Origin: an uncultured Odoribacter sp. | Lineage (GTDB): Bacteria > Bacteroidota > Bacteroidia > Bacteroidales > Marinifilaceae | NCBI GenBank assembly: GCA_910578985.1 | Contig: CAJTSF010000007.1 | Location: 3,177-67,176 of the forward strand | Direction of reading: 5' to 3' | DNA length: 64,000 nucleotides | Part shown: positions 18,607-29,021 of the stretch, one piece after another | Position numbering within the stretch: the first letter of the stretch is position 1 | How the letters are laid out: every line of letters starts with the position of its first letter | Notes under the pieces: model-generated | The model's database searches: none | What the model was told of the DNA's origin: nothing | The model's input: the letters and a program-made list of their open reading frames with translations, nothing else | Made by a program: the position numbers and the translations under genes

Positions 18607-19686
18607 TTATTTTTTGTGTTTTGCTTCAAACTCCTGCATGGCAGCAATCAACGCTTTGACATCCTCCATCGTACAAGCATTGTAAGTGGAAGCACGGAAA
18701 CCGCCTACCAGACGGTGACCCTTCACGCCTACGATATTCTTTGCCTTGCAGAAATCCAGGAATTCCTTCTCCAATTCCTCATAACCTTCTGCCAACAGGA
18801 ACGGGATGTTCATGCGGGAACGGGAACCCTCTTCCACCACTGCGCGGAACACGGTGTTACGCTCGAACTCTGCATACAATGCGTCGCATCTTTCAATGGC
18901 CAGTTTCTCCATAGCCTCAACACCGCCCATGGACTTGATCCATTTCAAGGTTTCGCCTACGGCAAAAATGTTGATACAGGGAGGCGTATTGAACATAGAA
19001 CCGTTCTCTACGTGGGTAGAATATTTCAACATCGTCGGAATCTTGCGGTCTGCCACCACTTTTTCCAGAAAATCATTGCGGATAATGACGAAAGTAGCTC
19101 CGGCAGGTCCGAGGTTCTTCTGACAACCGCCATAAATCATGGCATATTTCTTCACATCCACCGGACGGCTGCAAATATCCGAAGACATATCGGCGATTAC
19201 AGGCACGGGGCTGTCCAGGTCTTCGAAAATCTCGGTACCGCGGATAGTATTGTTGGACGTAATGTGCAGATAGTCCACATCGGCAGGGATTTTGAATCCT
19301 TTCGGATAGTAAGTGAAGTTGCGGTCCTCGGAAGTGGCGATAACCTCCACTTCGCCGAACAACTTAGCCTCTGCGATGGCTTTCTTCGACCATACGCCGG
19401 TATTCACGTAAGCAGCTTTTTTACCCAGGAAATTGTAAGGAATCATACAAAACTGCATGCTGGCACCACCACCCAAAAAAATCACTGAATAGTTGTCCGG
19501 AATGTTCAACACCTCTTTGAACAAGGCAACCGTCGAATCATAAACAGCCTGAAAATCAGCTGAACGGTGAGACACTTCCAAAATGGACTGTCCGCAATTA
19601 CCCAACTCAATTACAGCCTTGGCAGTGTTTTCCAGAGTCATATCCGGCAATTTACAAGGCCCTGCGTTAAAAATGTGCTTTCTCAT
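18607..19686 (-). CDS. serC: Phosphoserine aminotransferase
   Basis: 359 aa with [14 protein letters not shown], ..[12 protein letters not shown].. (PLP-lysine region) and ..[15 protein letters not shown]. Confidence 0.95.
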   Translation of the reverse strand: MRKHIFNAGPCKLPDMTLENTAKAVIELGNCGQSILEVSHRSADFQAVYDSTVALFKEVLNIPDNYSVIFLGGGASMQFCMIPYNFLGKKAAYVNTGVWSKKAIAEAKLFGEVEVIATSEDRNFTYYPKGFKIPADVDYLHITSNNTIRGTEIFEDLDSPVPVIADMSSDICSRPVDVKKYAMIYGGCQKNLGPAGATFVIIRNDFLEKVVADRKIPTMLKYSTHVENGSMFNTPPCINIFAVGETLKWIKSMGGVEAMEKLAIERCDALYAEFERNTVFRAVVEEGSRSRMNIPFLLAEGYEELEKEFLDFCKAKNIVGVKGHRLVGGFRASTYNACTMEDVKALIAAMQEFEAKHKK

Positions 19687-19721
19687 CTCTAAATAATTAA
19701 AGTTTTATAATTAATTGGTTA

Positions 19722-19729
19722 CAAAAATA
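19722..19729 (-). promoter_or_regulatory. -7 box (TAttTTTG on the minus strand) between gcvT and serC
   Basis: The plus strand reads caaaaata. It lies just after the gcvT stop and 36 nt upstream of the serC ATG. Confidence 0.35.
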
Positions 19730-19733
19730 TCTA

Positions 19734-20834
19734 TCAAAAAAACGGAGTTTTTACAACCTTGGCTTTCAGTGCTTTATTTCTTACCCGAATGTAAATCTCG
19801 GTATCCAGCTTATGGAAACCGCTCTTCACGTATCCCGTACCGATGGATTTTCCGGTCAGAGGAGACATCGTACCCGAGCAAACCACTCCGATTTCATTCC
19901 CTTCCGCGTCCTCGATAGGATAGCCTTGGCGGGCGATACCCCGGTCGATGATTTCAAAGGGTTTCAGATAACGGGACGGCTTATCGTTCTTCAACTTCTC
20001 ATGATATTCACGCATAATGAAATCATTGCCCGGCACAAACTTGGTAATCCATCCTAACCCTGCCTCTATCGGGGAATGGTCATCGTCGATTTCATGCCCG
20101 TACAGGCAGAAACCGGCTTCCAGACGCAAAGTATCCCGCGCACCCAGACCGATAGGCAATACCCCGAACTCCTCGCCGGCTTCAAATACGGCTTTCCATA
20201 ATTTCTCCGCATCCGCATTGTAGGCATACACCTCGCAACCGCCCGAACCAGTATAACCCGTAGTGGAAAAAATCACTTTATCAATGCCCGCAAAGGGAAT
20301 TTCTTTAAATGTATAATACTCCATATCCTCCACGCTCGCATCCGTCAGTTTCTGCATGGCTTTCAACGCCAAAGGTCCCTGAATCGCCAACTGGCAAATA
20401 TTATCGGAAGCATTCTCCAGTTCCACGCCCGGCTTCATGCCCAACTCCTCCCCATGCTTCACGACCCATTCCCAATCCTTTTCGATATTGGCGGCATTCA
20501 CCACCAGCAGATACTTCTCCGCGCTGAAACGGTACACCAACAAATCGTCCACGATACCTCCCTTGTCATTCAGAAAGCAGCTATACTGGACTTTCCCGTC
20601 CACCAGCGCAGCCACATCATTGGAAGTCAATTTTTGAACCAATTCGAAAGCCTTCGGTCCCTTGATCCAGAACTCCCCCATGTGGGATACGTCAAAAACA
20701 CCCAATTTTTCGCGCACATTATTGTGCTCCTCTTTGATGCCGGTGCTGTATTCTATCGGCATATTGTAACCGGCAAACGGTGCCATACGAGCGCCAAGCG
20801 CCTCGTGATAATGAGTAAAAGGAGTTGTTTTCAT
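19734..20834 (-). CDS. gcvT: Glycine cleavage system T protein (aminomethyltransferase)
   Basis: 366 aa with [29 protein letters not shown].. and DVSHMGEF. Length is typical. Confidence 0.95.
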   Translation of the reverse strand: MKTTPFTHYHEALGARMAPFAGYNMPIEYSTGIKEEHNNVREKLGVFDVSHMGEFWIKGPKAFELVQKLTSNDVAALVDGKVQYSCFLNDKGGIVDDLLVYRFSAEKYLLVVNAANIEKDWEWVVKHGEELGMKPGVELENASDNICQLAIQGPLALKAMQKLTDASVEDMEYYTFKEIPFAGIDKVIFSTTGYTGSGGCEVYAYNADAEKLWKAVFEAGEEFGVLPIGLGARDTLRLEAGFCLYGHEIDDDHSPIEAGLGWITKFVPGNDFIMREYHEKLKNDKPSRYLKPFEIIDRGIARQGYPIEDAEGNEIGVVCSGTMSPLTGKSIGTGYVKSGFHKLDTEIYIRVRNKALKAKVVKTPFF

Positions 20835-20879
20835 ACCATATCGTTTTAATTATGATTTCGTTTCCCATAAATTTCCGGA

Positions 20880-20887
20880 CAAAGATA
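20880..20887 (-). promoter_or_regulatory. -7 box (TAtcTTTG on the minus strand) upstream of gcvT
   Basis: The plus strand reads caaagata, about 46 nt upstream of the gcvT ATG. Confidence 0.45.
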
Positions 20888-21040
20888 TAATTTATATCCA
20901 AGCACTTTCTTCTTTTTTCGGTTTAAATTTTCCATTTCAAGCAACTTTAATTGAAAAAACATTTGGCACTTTGGATTATTTGCCCTATTTTCGACACCCA
21001 AGTTTTGCATGCTAAAGCAAACATCAAAAAAGATTACGCC

Positions 21041-21376
21041 ATGATGATAAAAGTAACAGAACAACAAGGCTATTTCGTCGCTGAGTTTGTCGATCTGAAA
21101 CGATTTACATTAGCTAATGTGGAACCCATCAAATCCGAATTGGTTCCCCTTTTCTCCACAACGGGCACCCGTTTGGCCCTCAATTTCCAAAACATCGAAT
21201 TCATTGACAGCAGTGCCATCGGATGCCTCATTTCTTTGGCAAAAGCCGCCCGATGCAACGGGGGTTCCATCAAACTTTGCCACTTGACGCAAAACGTAAT
21301 GGAAATACTGGAATTACTTCACTTGCCCATGATTTTAGACATCGAACCCACCGTGGAGGATTGCTTCAAAAGCTAA
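21041..21376 (+). CDS. STAS-domain protein (anti-sigma-factor antagonist family)
   Basis: I chose the start at MMIKVTEQQGYFVAEF. It carries ..LNFQNIEFIDSSAIGCLISL.., the typical SpoIIAA/STAS core. No partner kinase or anti-sigma gene is adjacent. Confidence 0.7.
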   Translation: MMIKVTEQQGYFVAEFVDLKRFTLANVEPIKSELVPLFSTTGTRLALNFQNIEFIDSSAIGCLISLAKAARCNGGSIKLCHLTQNVMEILELLHLPMILDIEPTVEDCFKS

Positions 21377-21391
21377 AAAGCCACCAATCCC

Positions 21392-22813
21392 TCAAGAGGA
21401 CTTCTCGAAAAAATCATTCTTGAAATTGACAAAATACAATCGCCGGCGGGCACGTGTGACTGCTGTATAAAGCCAACGCCAATACTCATCGTTCAACATA
21501 TCCTCCGTGAGATACCCTTGATCGATAAAAACAGCGTCCCATTGCCCGCCTTGCGCCTTATGGCAAGTCACCGCATAGGCAAACTTGATTTGCAGGGCAT
21601 TGTAAAACTCATTGCCCCGGATTTTCTCCAATCTCTTTTTTCGGGAAGGCACATCGGCATACTCCGCCTCCACCGCATAATATAAAGCCCGGCTCTGCTC
21701 GGGAGTCAGTGCGGGATAATCGGAAGTCAGCGTATCCAACATCACCCACGAGGACAATTCCCCGTCGTAATCGTCAATCTGCAACGTCACCTTTGCAAAA
21801 TGCAGTCCGTACAACTCCTCCCTCCGCCCCACGCGGCGGATGACCGCCATATCGCCGTTGGCGATGAAATCCGTCCTCTCCTGCCCCGCACCCCAGAAAT
21901 AATTATTACGGACAATCATCACCCGGTCGCCGCCACTGAAATCCTCCTCCCGGTACAATATGGAGCGGCGGATACCCTCGTTAAAGCGGTTCGCCCTTTT
22001 GTTGGAACGGCACACCACCATCGTTTCCTCCTCCCCGTACTTGCCGTAACAAGTCTCCATCTCCTCCAGCAACTCCCCTCCCCCGATGCGGAAAACATCC
22101 GGAAAACGTCCCACCTTCAAAGCAAGGGAACTCTCCCCGCTCCCGATCAGACGACGCACCTGCGTCGCATTGTACAGGATGCCCGAAGCCTCCGCCTGCC
22201 GCATGATATCCGTGAGATTCACCTCCGCAATGCTGAAATGATAAGCCGCCTGCAACTCCCGGCGGTCCAACGCCGGACTGACATCCAGCCCAACAGGCGG
22301 CAACTGTGCCACATCCCCGATGAGCACCAAGCGATTGCGCCTCCCATTATACACGAACCGCACCAAATCGTCCAGCAGGCAACCGCTTCCGAAATGCCCC
22401 TCGGTGTCCATATTGGAAATCATCGAAGCCTCGTCCACGAAAAAAAGCGTATTCGCACCGGCATTAAACCCCAGGTCGAAAAAACCCTCCCCGTCGGTCT
22501 CGTTTTTCTGACGGTAAATTTTCTTGTGGATGGTAAAAGCGGGATGTCCGGCATAAGAAGAAAAAACCTTGGCGGCACGGCCCGTGGGAGCCAGCAGCAC
22601 CACCCTGTACTCCAACGCAAGCAGCGTATTCACAATTGCCGACACCAGGGAGGTTTTCCCCGTCCCCGCATACCCTTTCAGCAGGAAAAGGCTCTCAGCC
22701 TCGGATTCAAACAGGAAACGCACAAAATGTTCCACCGCCTCTTTCTGGGTCGGCGAGAAATCAAAGCCGAACTTTTTCAAAACGATTTCTTCAAAATGTT
22801 TTGGAATCATCAT
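21392..22813 (-). CDS. SF1B RecD/Dda-like ATP-dependent DNA helicase
   Basis: 473 aa with Walker A GYAGTGKTS, FFVDEASMI, LIGDVAQLPPVG, and the C-terminal motif AVTCHKAQGGQWD..YTAVTRAR. Confidence 0.85.
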   Translation of the reverse strand: MMIPKHFEEIVLKKFGFDFSPTQKEAVEHFVRFLFESEAESLFLLKGYAGTGKTSLVSAIVNTLLALEYRVVLLAPTGRAAKVFSSYAGHPAFTIHKKIYRQKNETDGEGFFDLGFNAGANTLFFVDEASMISNMDTEGHFGSGCLLDDLVRFVYNGRRNRLVLIGDVAQLPPVGLDVSPALDRRELQAAYHFSIAEVNLTDIMRQAEASGILYNATQVRRLIGSGESSLALKVGRFPDVFRIGGGELLEEMETCYGKYGEEETMVVCRSNKRANRFNEGIRRSILYREEDFSGGDRVMIVRNNYFWGAGQERTDFIANGDMAVIRRVGRREELYGLHFAKVTLQIDDYDGELSSWVMLDTLTSDYPALTPEQSRALYYAVEAEYADVPSRKKRLEKIRGNEFYNALQIKFAYAVTCHKAQGGQWDAVFIDQGYLTEDMLNDEYWRWLYTAVTRARRRLYFVNFKNDFFEKSS

Positions 22814-22855
22814 GAAAATAAATTGCCGATTATGTCTTTAATCTAAATTTTTTCC

Positions 22856-22863
22856 TAAATTTG
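22856..22863 (+). promoter_or_regulatory. -7 box (TAaaTTTG)
   Basis: Exact TAnnTTTG match, 78 nt upstream of ATG 22941. Confidence 0.35.
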
Positions 22864-22940
22864 CGAGCAATATTCAATTTGCACTCCGCAAACGTGGGGT
22901 AAAGATACGAAAATTAACGCAAAGATAAAATAACATTGAA

Positions 22941-23585
22941 ATGAAAAAACTTATTATTCAGATTGTTCTCGCATTAGCGATTATCGTCTTAGGCTATCTC
23001 TGCTACCAAAGCATCATGACTCCCCAAAGATTCCAAACCATCAAAGAACAACGGTATCTCCGCATCATCCAGCGTCTGAAAGACATCCGAACGGCACAGG
23101 AAGCCTATAAAGACACCTACGGACAATACACCGGAAGTTTCGACACCTTGATTCATTTCATCAAATACGATTCCATCAAAGTCGTACGTTCCATCGGTTC
23201 TTTGAGCGATGAGGATTTGGAAAACGGCATCACCGAAGCACAGGCTATCAAAGAAGGAAAAATCATCCGCGACACCGTCAAGGCAAGCGCTTTGGAAAAC
23301 ATCTTCAACAAGGACTATGCCATCGATGACATCCGCTACGTGCCTTTCACCAAACGCAAACACCAGTTCAAAATGGGCGCCACCAAAATCTGGACCGACT
23401 CCGGCATCGAAGTGCCCATCTTTGAAGCCTATGTGACGAACATGGTCATCTTCGACGACCTCCGTGACGAATACAACGACGAATTGTTGGAAGAAAACGG
23501 AGAAAGAAAGCGCCTCAAAAAATTTGCAGGCTTAAAGGTCGGCGACTTAAAAGAAGCGAATAACAACGTTGGTAACTGGGAATAG
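22941..23585 (+). CDS. N-terminally membrane-anchored conserved hypothetical protein
   Basis: 214 aa with one TM helix (LIIQIVLALAIIVLGYLCY), followed by a segment whose composition is pilin-like (RTAQEAYKDTYGQYTGSFDTL). I could not assign a family. Confidence 0.6.
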   Translation: MKKLIIQIVLALAIIVLGYLCYQSIMTPQRFQTIKEQRYLRIIQRLKDIRTAQEAYKDTYGQYTGSFDTLIHFIKYDSIKVVRSIGSLSDEDLENGITEAQAIKEGKIIRDTVKASALENIFNKDYAIDDIRYVPFTKRKHQFKMGATKIWTDSGIEVPIFEAYVTNMVIFDDLRDEYNDELLEENGERKRLKKFAGLKVGDLKEANNNVGNWE

Positions 23586-23593
23586 CCGAGTGC

Positions 23594-24433
23594 ATGCAAC
23601 ACATATACTATATTGACAGCAATTTCGTCAAAGAACATGCTTCACAATACGTATTGTCCATCCGTTATGCAACGGATGGACTTTCCTTTTGCGTCCATGC
23701 CCCGAACAACCGCCTGCTGGCGTTCTTCTACCAACCGTTCAGGGTAGACTCCATCGACGCGGTCATCGCCAAGGTGAAGCAAATGCTTGTCGAAGAAGAA
23801 CTGCTGCACCTGAACTACCGGAAAGTCTACCTGCTTCCGTGCAACAAGGAAAAAATGCTGCTCCCCGCCCAGGAATTCGACAAAGAAACGGTGGCGGACA
23901 TGTACCGCCTGTGCCTGCACACGGACAAGAACGAAACACTCATCTACCGGAAAATCCGCGGCATCGAGATGTATCTGGTCGAGTCCCTGCCCCGCAACTT
24001 TGTGACATTCCTCACCACACGCTACCCCTCGCTCTACATCGCGAACAGCGCCTACCCGTTCATCACACACTCCCTGTCGAACATCCTGTTCAACGGATTC
24101 AACCTCTTCATCGACATCCACGAACGCTATTTCGACCTCCTGCTGACGAAAAGCAGCGACATCCTCCTGTTCAACTCCTTCGCCTACGGCTCGGTGAACG
24201 ACATGGCATACTACGCGCTGAACTGCCTCGAGCAGTGCCAGGCAGACCGCGAGCAACTGCAAACCACCCTTTCCGGCAATCTGGTCAATGACCCCATACT
24301 GACGGAAACCCTCGGCAAATACCTCCCCAACATTGCCGTGCTCAACTATGCCCCCCTCTCGCAACTCGTACAGAACAACGAACTGAACAGCTCCACCTTC
24401 ATCCACCTGCTAAACATCCACAAATGCGAATAA
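23594..24433 (+). CDS. DUF3822-like protein (function unknown)
   Basis: 279 aa. It occupies the position immediately upstream of rsmD and overlaps it by 10 nt, as in other Bacteroidetes. The family assignment is from memory. Confidence 0.6.
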   Translation: MQHIYYIDSNFVKEHASQYVLSIRYATDGLSFCVHAPNNRLLAFFYQPFRVDSIDAVIAKVKQMLVEEELLHLNYRKVYLLPCNKEKMLLPAQEFDKETVADMYRLCLHTDKNETLIYRKIRGIEMYLVESLPRNFVTFLTTRYPSLYIANSAYPFITHSLSNILFNGFNLFIDIHERYFDLLLTKSSDILLFNSFAYGSVNDMAYYALNCLEQCQADREQLQTTLSGNLVNDPILTETLGKYLPNIAVLNYAPLSQLVQNNELNSSTFIHLLNIHKCE

Positions 24434-24957
24434 TCAGCGGTTCCCACAAAGGAAAACAAATCTTTCCGGACAAGAACTTCAGCGCACGCCCCACCACGGA
24501 CTTCGCCAAAGAGAACCTGTTCAACGTGCTCACCAACTACCTGGACATCGAAGGCACGCGCTGCCTCGACCTCTTTTCCGGCACCGGCAGCATCAGCTAC
24601 GAACTTGCCTCGAGAGGAGCCGCGGAAATCATCTCCGTCGAACAGAACTTCAAACACTACGCCTTCATCAAGCGCACAGCAGCGGAACTGGGCTTCCAAG
24701 CCATGCAAATTTTCAAGACGGACGCCTTCCTCGCCTGCCGGAAACTGGCAGGCAGGAAATTCGACCTCATCTTTGCCGATCCCCCCTACCGCCTGGAAAA
24801 AATCAACGATCTCCCGGCAGCCATCTTCGACCACGACTTGCTCGCTCCGGAAGGCATCGCCGTCATCGAACACCCCGTCGAAACGGACTTCTCCACCCAC
24901 CCCCGCTTTTCGGAACACCGCCAATACGGCAGCGTCAATTTCTCCTTCTTCCGCTAA
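24424..24957 (+). CDS. rsmD: 16S rRNA (guanine966-N2)-methyltransferase
   Basis: 177 aa with MRIISGSHKGKQI..ARPTTDFAKENLFNVL..DLFSGTGSISYE..IFADPPY. Confidence 0.9.
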   Translation: MRIISGSHKGKQIFPDKNFSARPTTDFAKENLFNVLTNYLDIEGTRCLDLFSGTGSISYELASRGAAEIISVEQNFKHYAFIKRTAAELGFQAMQIFKTDAFLACRKLAGRKFDLIFADPPYRLEKINDLPAAIFDHDLLAPEGIAVIEHPVETDFSTHPRFSEHRQYGSVNFSFFR

Positions 24958-25015
24958 AATATTGCGATAACACACATTTAGGCTGCAAATATTTTGCACA
25001 AATAAAAGCATATCG

Positions 25016-25023
25016 TACATTTG
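25016..25023 (+). promoter_or_regulatory. -7 box (TAcaTTTG) upstream of the glycosyltransferase
   Basis: Exact TAnnTTTG match, 26 nt upstream of ATG 25049. Confidence 0.45.
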
Positions 25024-25048
25024 AAATCTTAAACATAAAAACAACGGT

Positions 25049-26097
25049 ATGCAAAACAAGAATCTATATTTCATTTCACGCAACTACCTGCGTCTCAACT
25101 GCGGCGGAAGCATTGCCAGAACCGACATTGAAATGGTCATGGAACGCCTGGGCTGCAAGAACATCGGATTAAAACGCACATTCCACCACAACAGCATCAC
25201 ACACGCCATCCGAAATTCCTTAGGAGCCATGCGAGCCCTATCGCAATTGAAAAAGGGGACGTCCTCATTCTCCAATACCCGATGAAACTTTACTTCAAAC
25301 TCCTATGCGATACAGCCCGGAAACGTGGCGCCAAGGTCATCAATATCGTTCACGATCTCGACTCATTCAGTCCAAAAATCACCGTTGAGCAGGAAATCGA
25401 CCTGCTGAACCGCTGCGACATTCTATTGACCCATAACCACATGATGAGGAAATGGCTGCAAGACCAAGGCTGCAAAGTGAAAATGATTGATTACGAAATC
25501 ATGGACTACCTGCATGGGACATCCGGTGCCCCGCACCAGCCGTCATCCCGGAAATACTCCATCTTCTTTGTTGGCAATGCCTCCTGCACACTAAACAACT
25601 ACCTCTATCAACTGGCTGAAGTCATGCCCGACACCGACATTTATCTCTACGGCACCAATCCGGCAACACAATTTACAGAACGATTGCCAAACTTGCACCC
25701 CATGGGATTTGTGAAAGACACGGCAATCATCGCCCGTCACCAAGGCGACTTCGGCATCTCATGGTACGGAAGTTCTTTGGATGACGGCGTAGGCAAAGGA
25801 ATATACATGAACTATAACAACCCGCATAAAGTCTCCCTTTACTTGCGTTGTAATGCCCCCGTCATCGTATGGAACAAAGCCGGACGCGCCGAATTCATTG
25901 AAAAGGAAGGCATCGGCATCAGTGTCGATTCACTCAGAGAACTGAATGCCCGTTTTGCCCGAATCTCTACGGAAGATTATGAAAAAATGACAGAGAATGT
26001 CATGCGCGTCAATCAACGTCTGGCTGCCGGATACTACTTGGAAAATGCTCTCGCCCAAGCACTCGCTTATCTGGAAAAAAACAATCCGCCCGAATAA
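25049..26097 (+). pseudogene. WbbI-like (beta-1,6-galactofuranosyltransferase family) glycosyltransferase, split by a frameshift in an A5G4 tract
   Basis: ORF 25049..25285 ends ..LSQLKKGTSSFSNTR*. In the frame of ORF 25282..26097 the same DNA reads ..KGDVLILQYPMKLYFKLL.., one continuous protein. The C-terminal NNPHKVSLYL..PVIVWNKAGRAEFI matches my recollection of E. coli WbbI (NNPHKTSLYL..PVFIWDKAALADFI). Confidence 0.7.
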
Positions 26098-26100
26098 AAC

Positions 26101-26133
26101 AAAAGCAGAGGGTGTTTCCACTCTCTGCTTTCC
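26101..26133. terminator. Bidirectional hairpin between the glycosyltransferase and gcvP (convergent genes)
   Basis: agcagag / loop / ctctgct, flanked by an A-run and a T-rich tail on both strands. Confidence 0.6.
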
Positions 26134-26153
26134 TTTATATCGCTTCCGCCCCC

Positions 26154-29021
26154 TTACTCCTCATACAGCGAATCGCACGTGCAAACCAAATTGCGGTCGC
26201 CGTATCCGTCGTCCACGCGTCCCACCTGCGGCCAGAACTTGTTCTCCGCCACCCAAGCCAGCGGGTAAGCCGCTTTGCTGCGCGGATAGGCGTGCGTCCA
26301 TTCGTCGGCAGTCAGCACACGATGCGTGTGCGGTGCATTTTTCAGGACATTGTCCGTCTTGTCCGCCTTGCCTTCTCCCACTTCAATCATCTCCTCGCGG
26401 ATGGTCTTCAACGCTTCGATGAACCGGTCCAGTTCCTCCTTCGGTTCGCTTTCCGTCGGCTCCACCATCAACGTCCCGTGCACCGGGAAAGAGAGCGTGG
26501 GCGCATGGAAACCGAAGTCCATCAAACGCTTGGCAATATCCAACTCGGAAATGCCGTACTCCTTGTTGAACGAATTGCAATCCCAAATCATCTCATGCCC
26601 TACGCGTCCCTGCTTGCCTTTGAAAAGAATCTTGAAACCCAGTTTCTCAAAAGCGGAAGCCAGATAGTTGGCGTTCAAAATCGCCATCTCGGTCACCCGC
26701 TTCAATCCGGCAGCGCCCAACATCAACAGATAACCATAGGTCACCGGCACCATGCTCACCGAACCGTAAGGAGCAGCCGACACAGCATGGATGCCCTGCT
26801 CGCCGCCCGTCTTCACCACGGAATGCGTCGGCAGGAACTTCACCAGATGCTCCGCCACGCAAATCGGACCCACACCCGGACCGCCGCCACCGTGAGGCAT
26901 GGCAAACGTCTTGTGCAGATTCAGGTGGCAGGCATCCGCACCGATGGTTCCGGGACTTGTCAGCCCGCACTGTCCGTTCATATTCGCACCGTCCATGAAC
27001 ACCTGTCCTCCGTTGTCATGCACGATTTTCACCAATTCCTTAATGGATTCCTCGAAAATACCGTGGGTCGAAGGATACGTAATCATCGCCCCGAACAGGT
27101 TCTCCCTGTTCTCCTCCGCCTTCGCGCGGAAATCCGCCACATCGATATTTCCTTCCGGGTCGGTCGCCGTCACGATAATCTTCAATCCCGCCATCGTGCT
27201 CGAAGCCGGGTTCGTGCCGTGCGCGGAAGCCGGAATCAACATCACGTTCCGGTGCCCCTCGCCACGCGAGATGTGATACTGCCGCAACACCATCAACGCC
27301 GTATATTCACCGGCAGCGCCGGAGTTCGGCATCAGGCTGCATCCGGCAAAACCGGTCACCTTCGTCAGCATCTCCTCCGTCTCCCGAATCATCTGGCGGT
27401 AGCCTTCCGCCTGGTCTGCCGGCACAAACGGGTGCATGCCGCCGAACTCACGCCAGGAAATAGGCAACATCTCCACCGCCGCATTCAGCTTCATGGTGCA
27501 GGACCCCAGGGAAATCATCGAAGTCGCCAGCGAAATGTCACGGCGTTCCAGATTCTTCATATACCGCATCATAGCCGTCTCCGAATGATAAATATTGAAC
27601 ACCGGCTGCTGCATATACTCATCCTCGCGCAACATCGCCGGGTCGAGCACCGTGCAATCATCCATGAAAGTCACCGGCTCGGCTTTCTTGCCGGCAGCCT
27701 CCGCAAAAATGCCCGCTATCGTGTTCAACTCCTCCTCATTGATGCGCTCGTCCGTAGACAACCCCACACCGCCGCACGGGCAATAGTACAGGTTAATCTC
27801 ATGCGCCAGCGCCACCTTCCGCAACGCTTCCTGCGTCACCCCTGCGGGCAGGGCGAAACGGATGGTATCGAAGAACTTATCTTTTTTCAGCGTATAGCCG
27901 TATTTGCCGATTTCATTGGCCAGGATAACCGCCGCCGAATGGATATGCCGCGCGATGCGCTGCAATCCCTCGCGTCCGTGGTAAGCGGCATAGAATCCCG
28001 CCATCGTCGCATTCAGCGCCTTCGCCGTACAGATATTCGAAGAAGCCTTCTCCCGCTTGATGTGCTGCTCGCGCGTCTGCAAGGCCAGGCGCAACGCCTT
28101 GTTACCCTGCGCATCGACGGTCACGCCGATGATACGCCCCGGGATATTGCGCTTGTACTCCTCTTTCGTCGCCATATACGCCGCATGCGGACCGCCGTAA
28201 CCCATCGGCACGCCGAAACGCTGCGTCGTTCCCACCACCACGTCCGCCCCCCACTCGCCCGGAGGCGTCAGCAACACGAGGCTCATCAAATCGGCAGCCA
28301 CCGTCAGCAACGCCCCGTTCGCGTGCAACTTCTCCGCCAGGGCGCGGTAATCGCGGATTTCACCATCGGAAGCCGGATACTGCACCACAGCGCCGAACAC
28401 CTCCGCCGTAAACTCAAACGTGTCGTAATCCCCGAACACCAGCTCGATGCCCTGCGGCGCCGAACGGGTAATCAGCACATCCTTCGTCTGCTCGAACACC
28501 TGGTTGTCCACGAACAGCCTGTTCGCCCCCGCCTTCTTCATCTCCTTGCCGCGCAACGCATACATCATCGTCATCGCTTCCGCGGCGGCCGTCGCCTCGT
28601 CCAGCAGCGAGCAGTTGGTCATCTCCAACCCCGTCAGCTCCAGCACCATCGTCTGGAAATTCAGCAACGCCTCCAGGCGTCCCTGCGAAACCTCCGCCTG
28701 GTAGGGCGTATATGACGTGTACCACGCCGGATTCTCCAGGATATTCCGGACAATCACCGCCGGGGCAATCGTGTCGTAATACCCTTGCCCGATGAACGTG
28801 CGGTACAACTTATTCTTGCCTGCCACCGCCTTGATGCGCGTCAGGAACTCATCCTCCGACAGCGGAGCGGGCAAATCCAAAGGTTCTTTCAACCGAATCG
28901 ACTCGGGCACTGTCTGCCCGATCAACTCATCCACCGACTTCACGCCAATCACTTTCAACATCTCCTCCACATCCTCGGCACGCGGTCCGATGTGTCTTTC
29001 CAAAAACTGTTCTTTAGCCAT
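26154..29021 (-). CDS. gcvP: Glycine dehydrogenase (decarboxylating), single-chain P protein
   Basis: 955 aa with ..NPAWYTSYTPYQAEVSQGRLEALLNFQT.. and the PLP site ..NLHKTFAMPHGGGGPG... The 867-aa plus-strand ORF is an antisense shadow. Confidence 0.97.
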   Translation of the reverse strand: MAKEQFLERHIGPRAEDVEEMLKVIGVKSVDELIGQTVPESIRLKEPLDLPAPLSEDEFLTRIKAVAGKNKLYRTFIGQGYYDTIAPAVIVRNILENPAWYTSYTPYQAEVSQGRLEALLNFQTMVLELTGLEMTNCSLLDEATAAAEAMTMMYALRGKEMKKAGANRLFVDNQVFEQTKDVLITRSAPQGIELVFGDYDTFEFTAEVFGAVVQYPASDGEIRDYRALAEKLHANGALLTVAADLMSLVLLTPPGEWGADVVVGTTQRFGVPMGYGGPHAAYMATKEEYKRNIPGRIIGVTVDAQGNKALRLALQTREQHIKREKASSNICTAKALNATMAGFYAAYHGREGLQRIARHIHSAAVILANEIGKYGYTLKKDKFFDTIRFALPAGVTQEALRKVALAHEINLYYCPCGGVGLSTDERINEEELNTIAGIFAEAAGKKAEPVTFMDDCTVLDPAMLREDEYMQQPVFNIYHSETAMMRYMKNLERRDISLATSMISLGSCTMKLNAAVEMLPISWREFGGMHPFVPADQAEGYRQMIRETEEMLTKVTGFAGCSLMPNSGAAGEYTALMVLRQYHISRGEGHRNVMLIPASAHGTNPASSTMAGLKIIVTATDPEGNIDVADFRAKAEENRENLFGAMITYPSTHGIFEESIKELVKIVHDNGGQVFMDGANMNGQCGLTSPGTIGADACHLNLHKTFAMPHGGGGPGVGPICVAEHLVKFLPTHSVVKTGGEQGIHAVSAAPYGSVSMVPVTYGYLLMLGAAGLKRVTEMAILNANYLASAFEKLGFKILFKGKQGRVGHEMIWDCNSFNKEYGISELDIAKRLMDFGFHAPTLSFPVHGTLMVEPTESEPKEELDRFIEALKTIREEMIEVGEGKADKTDNVLKNAPHTHRVLTADEWTHAYPRSKAAYPLAWVAENKFWPQVGRVDDGYGDRNLVCTCDSLYEE

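Noticed and set aside
26112-28715. 867-aa plus-strand ORF (R/H/L-rich).
   Set aside because: It lies exactly antisense to the unmistakable gcvP gene and has low-complexity, arginine-rich composition. This is a typical stop-free shadow frame in GC-rich coding DNA.
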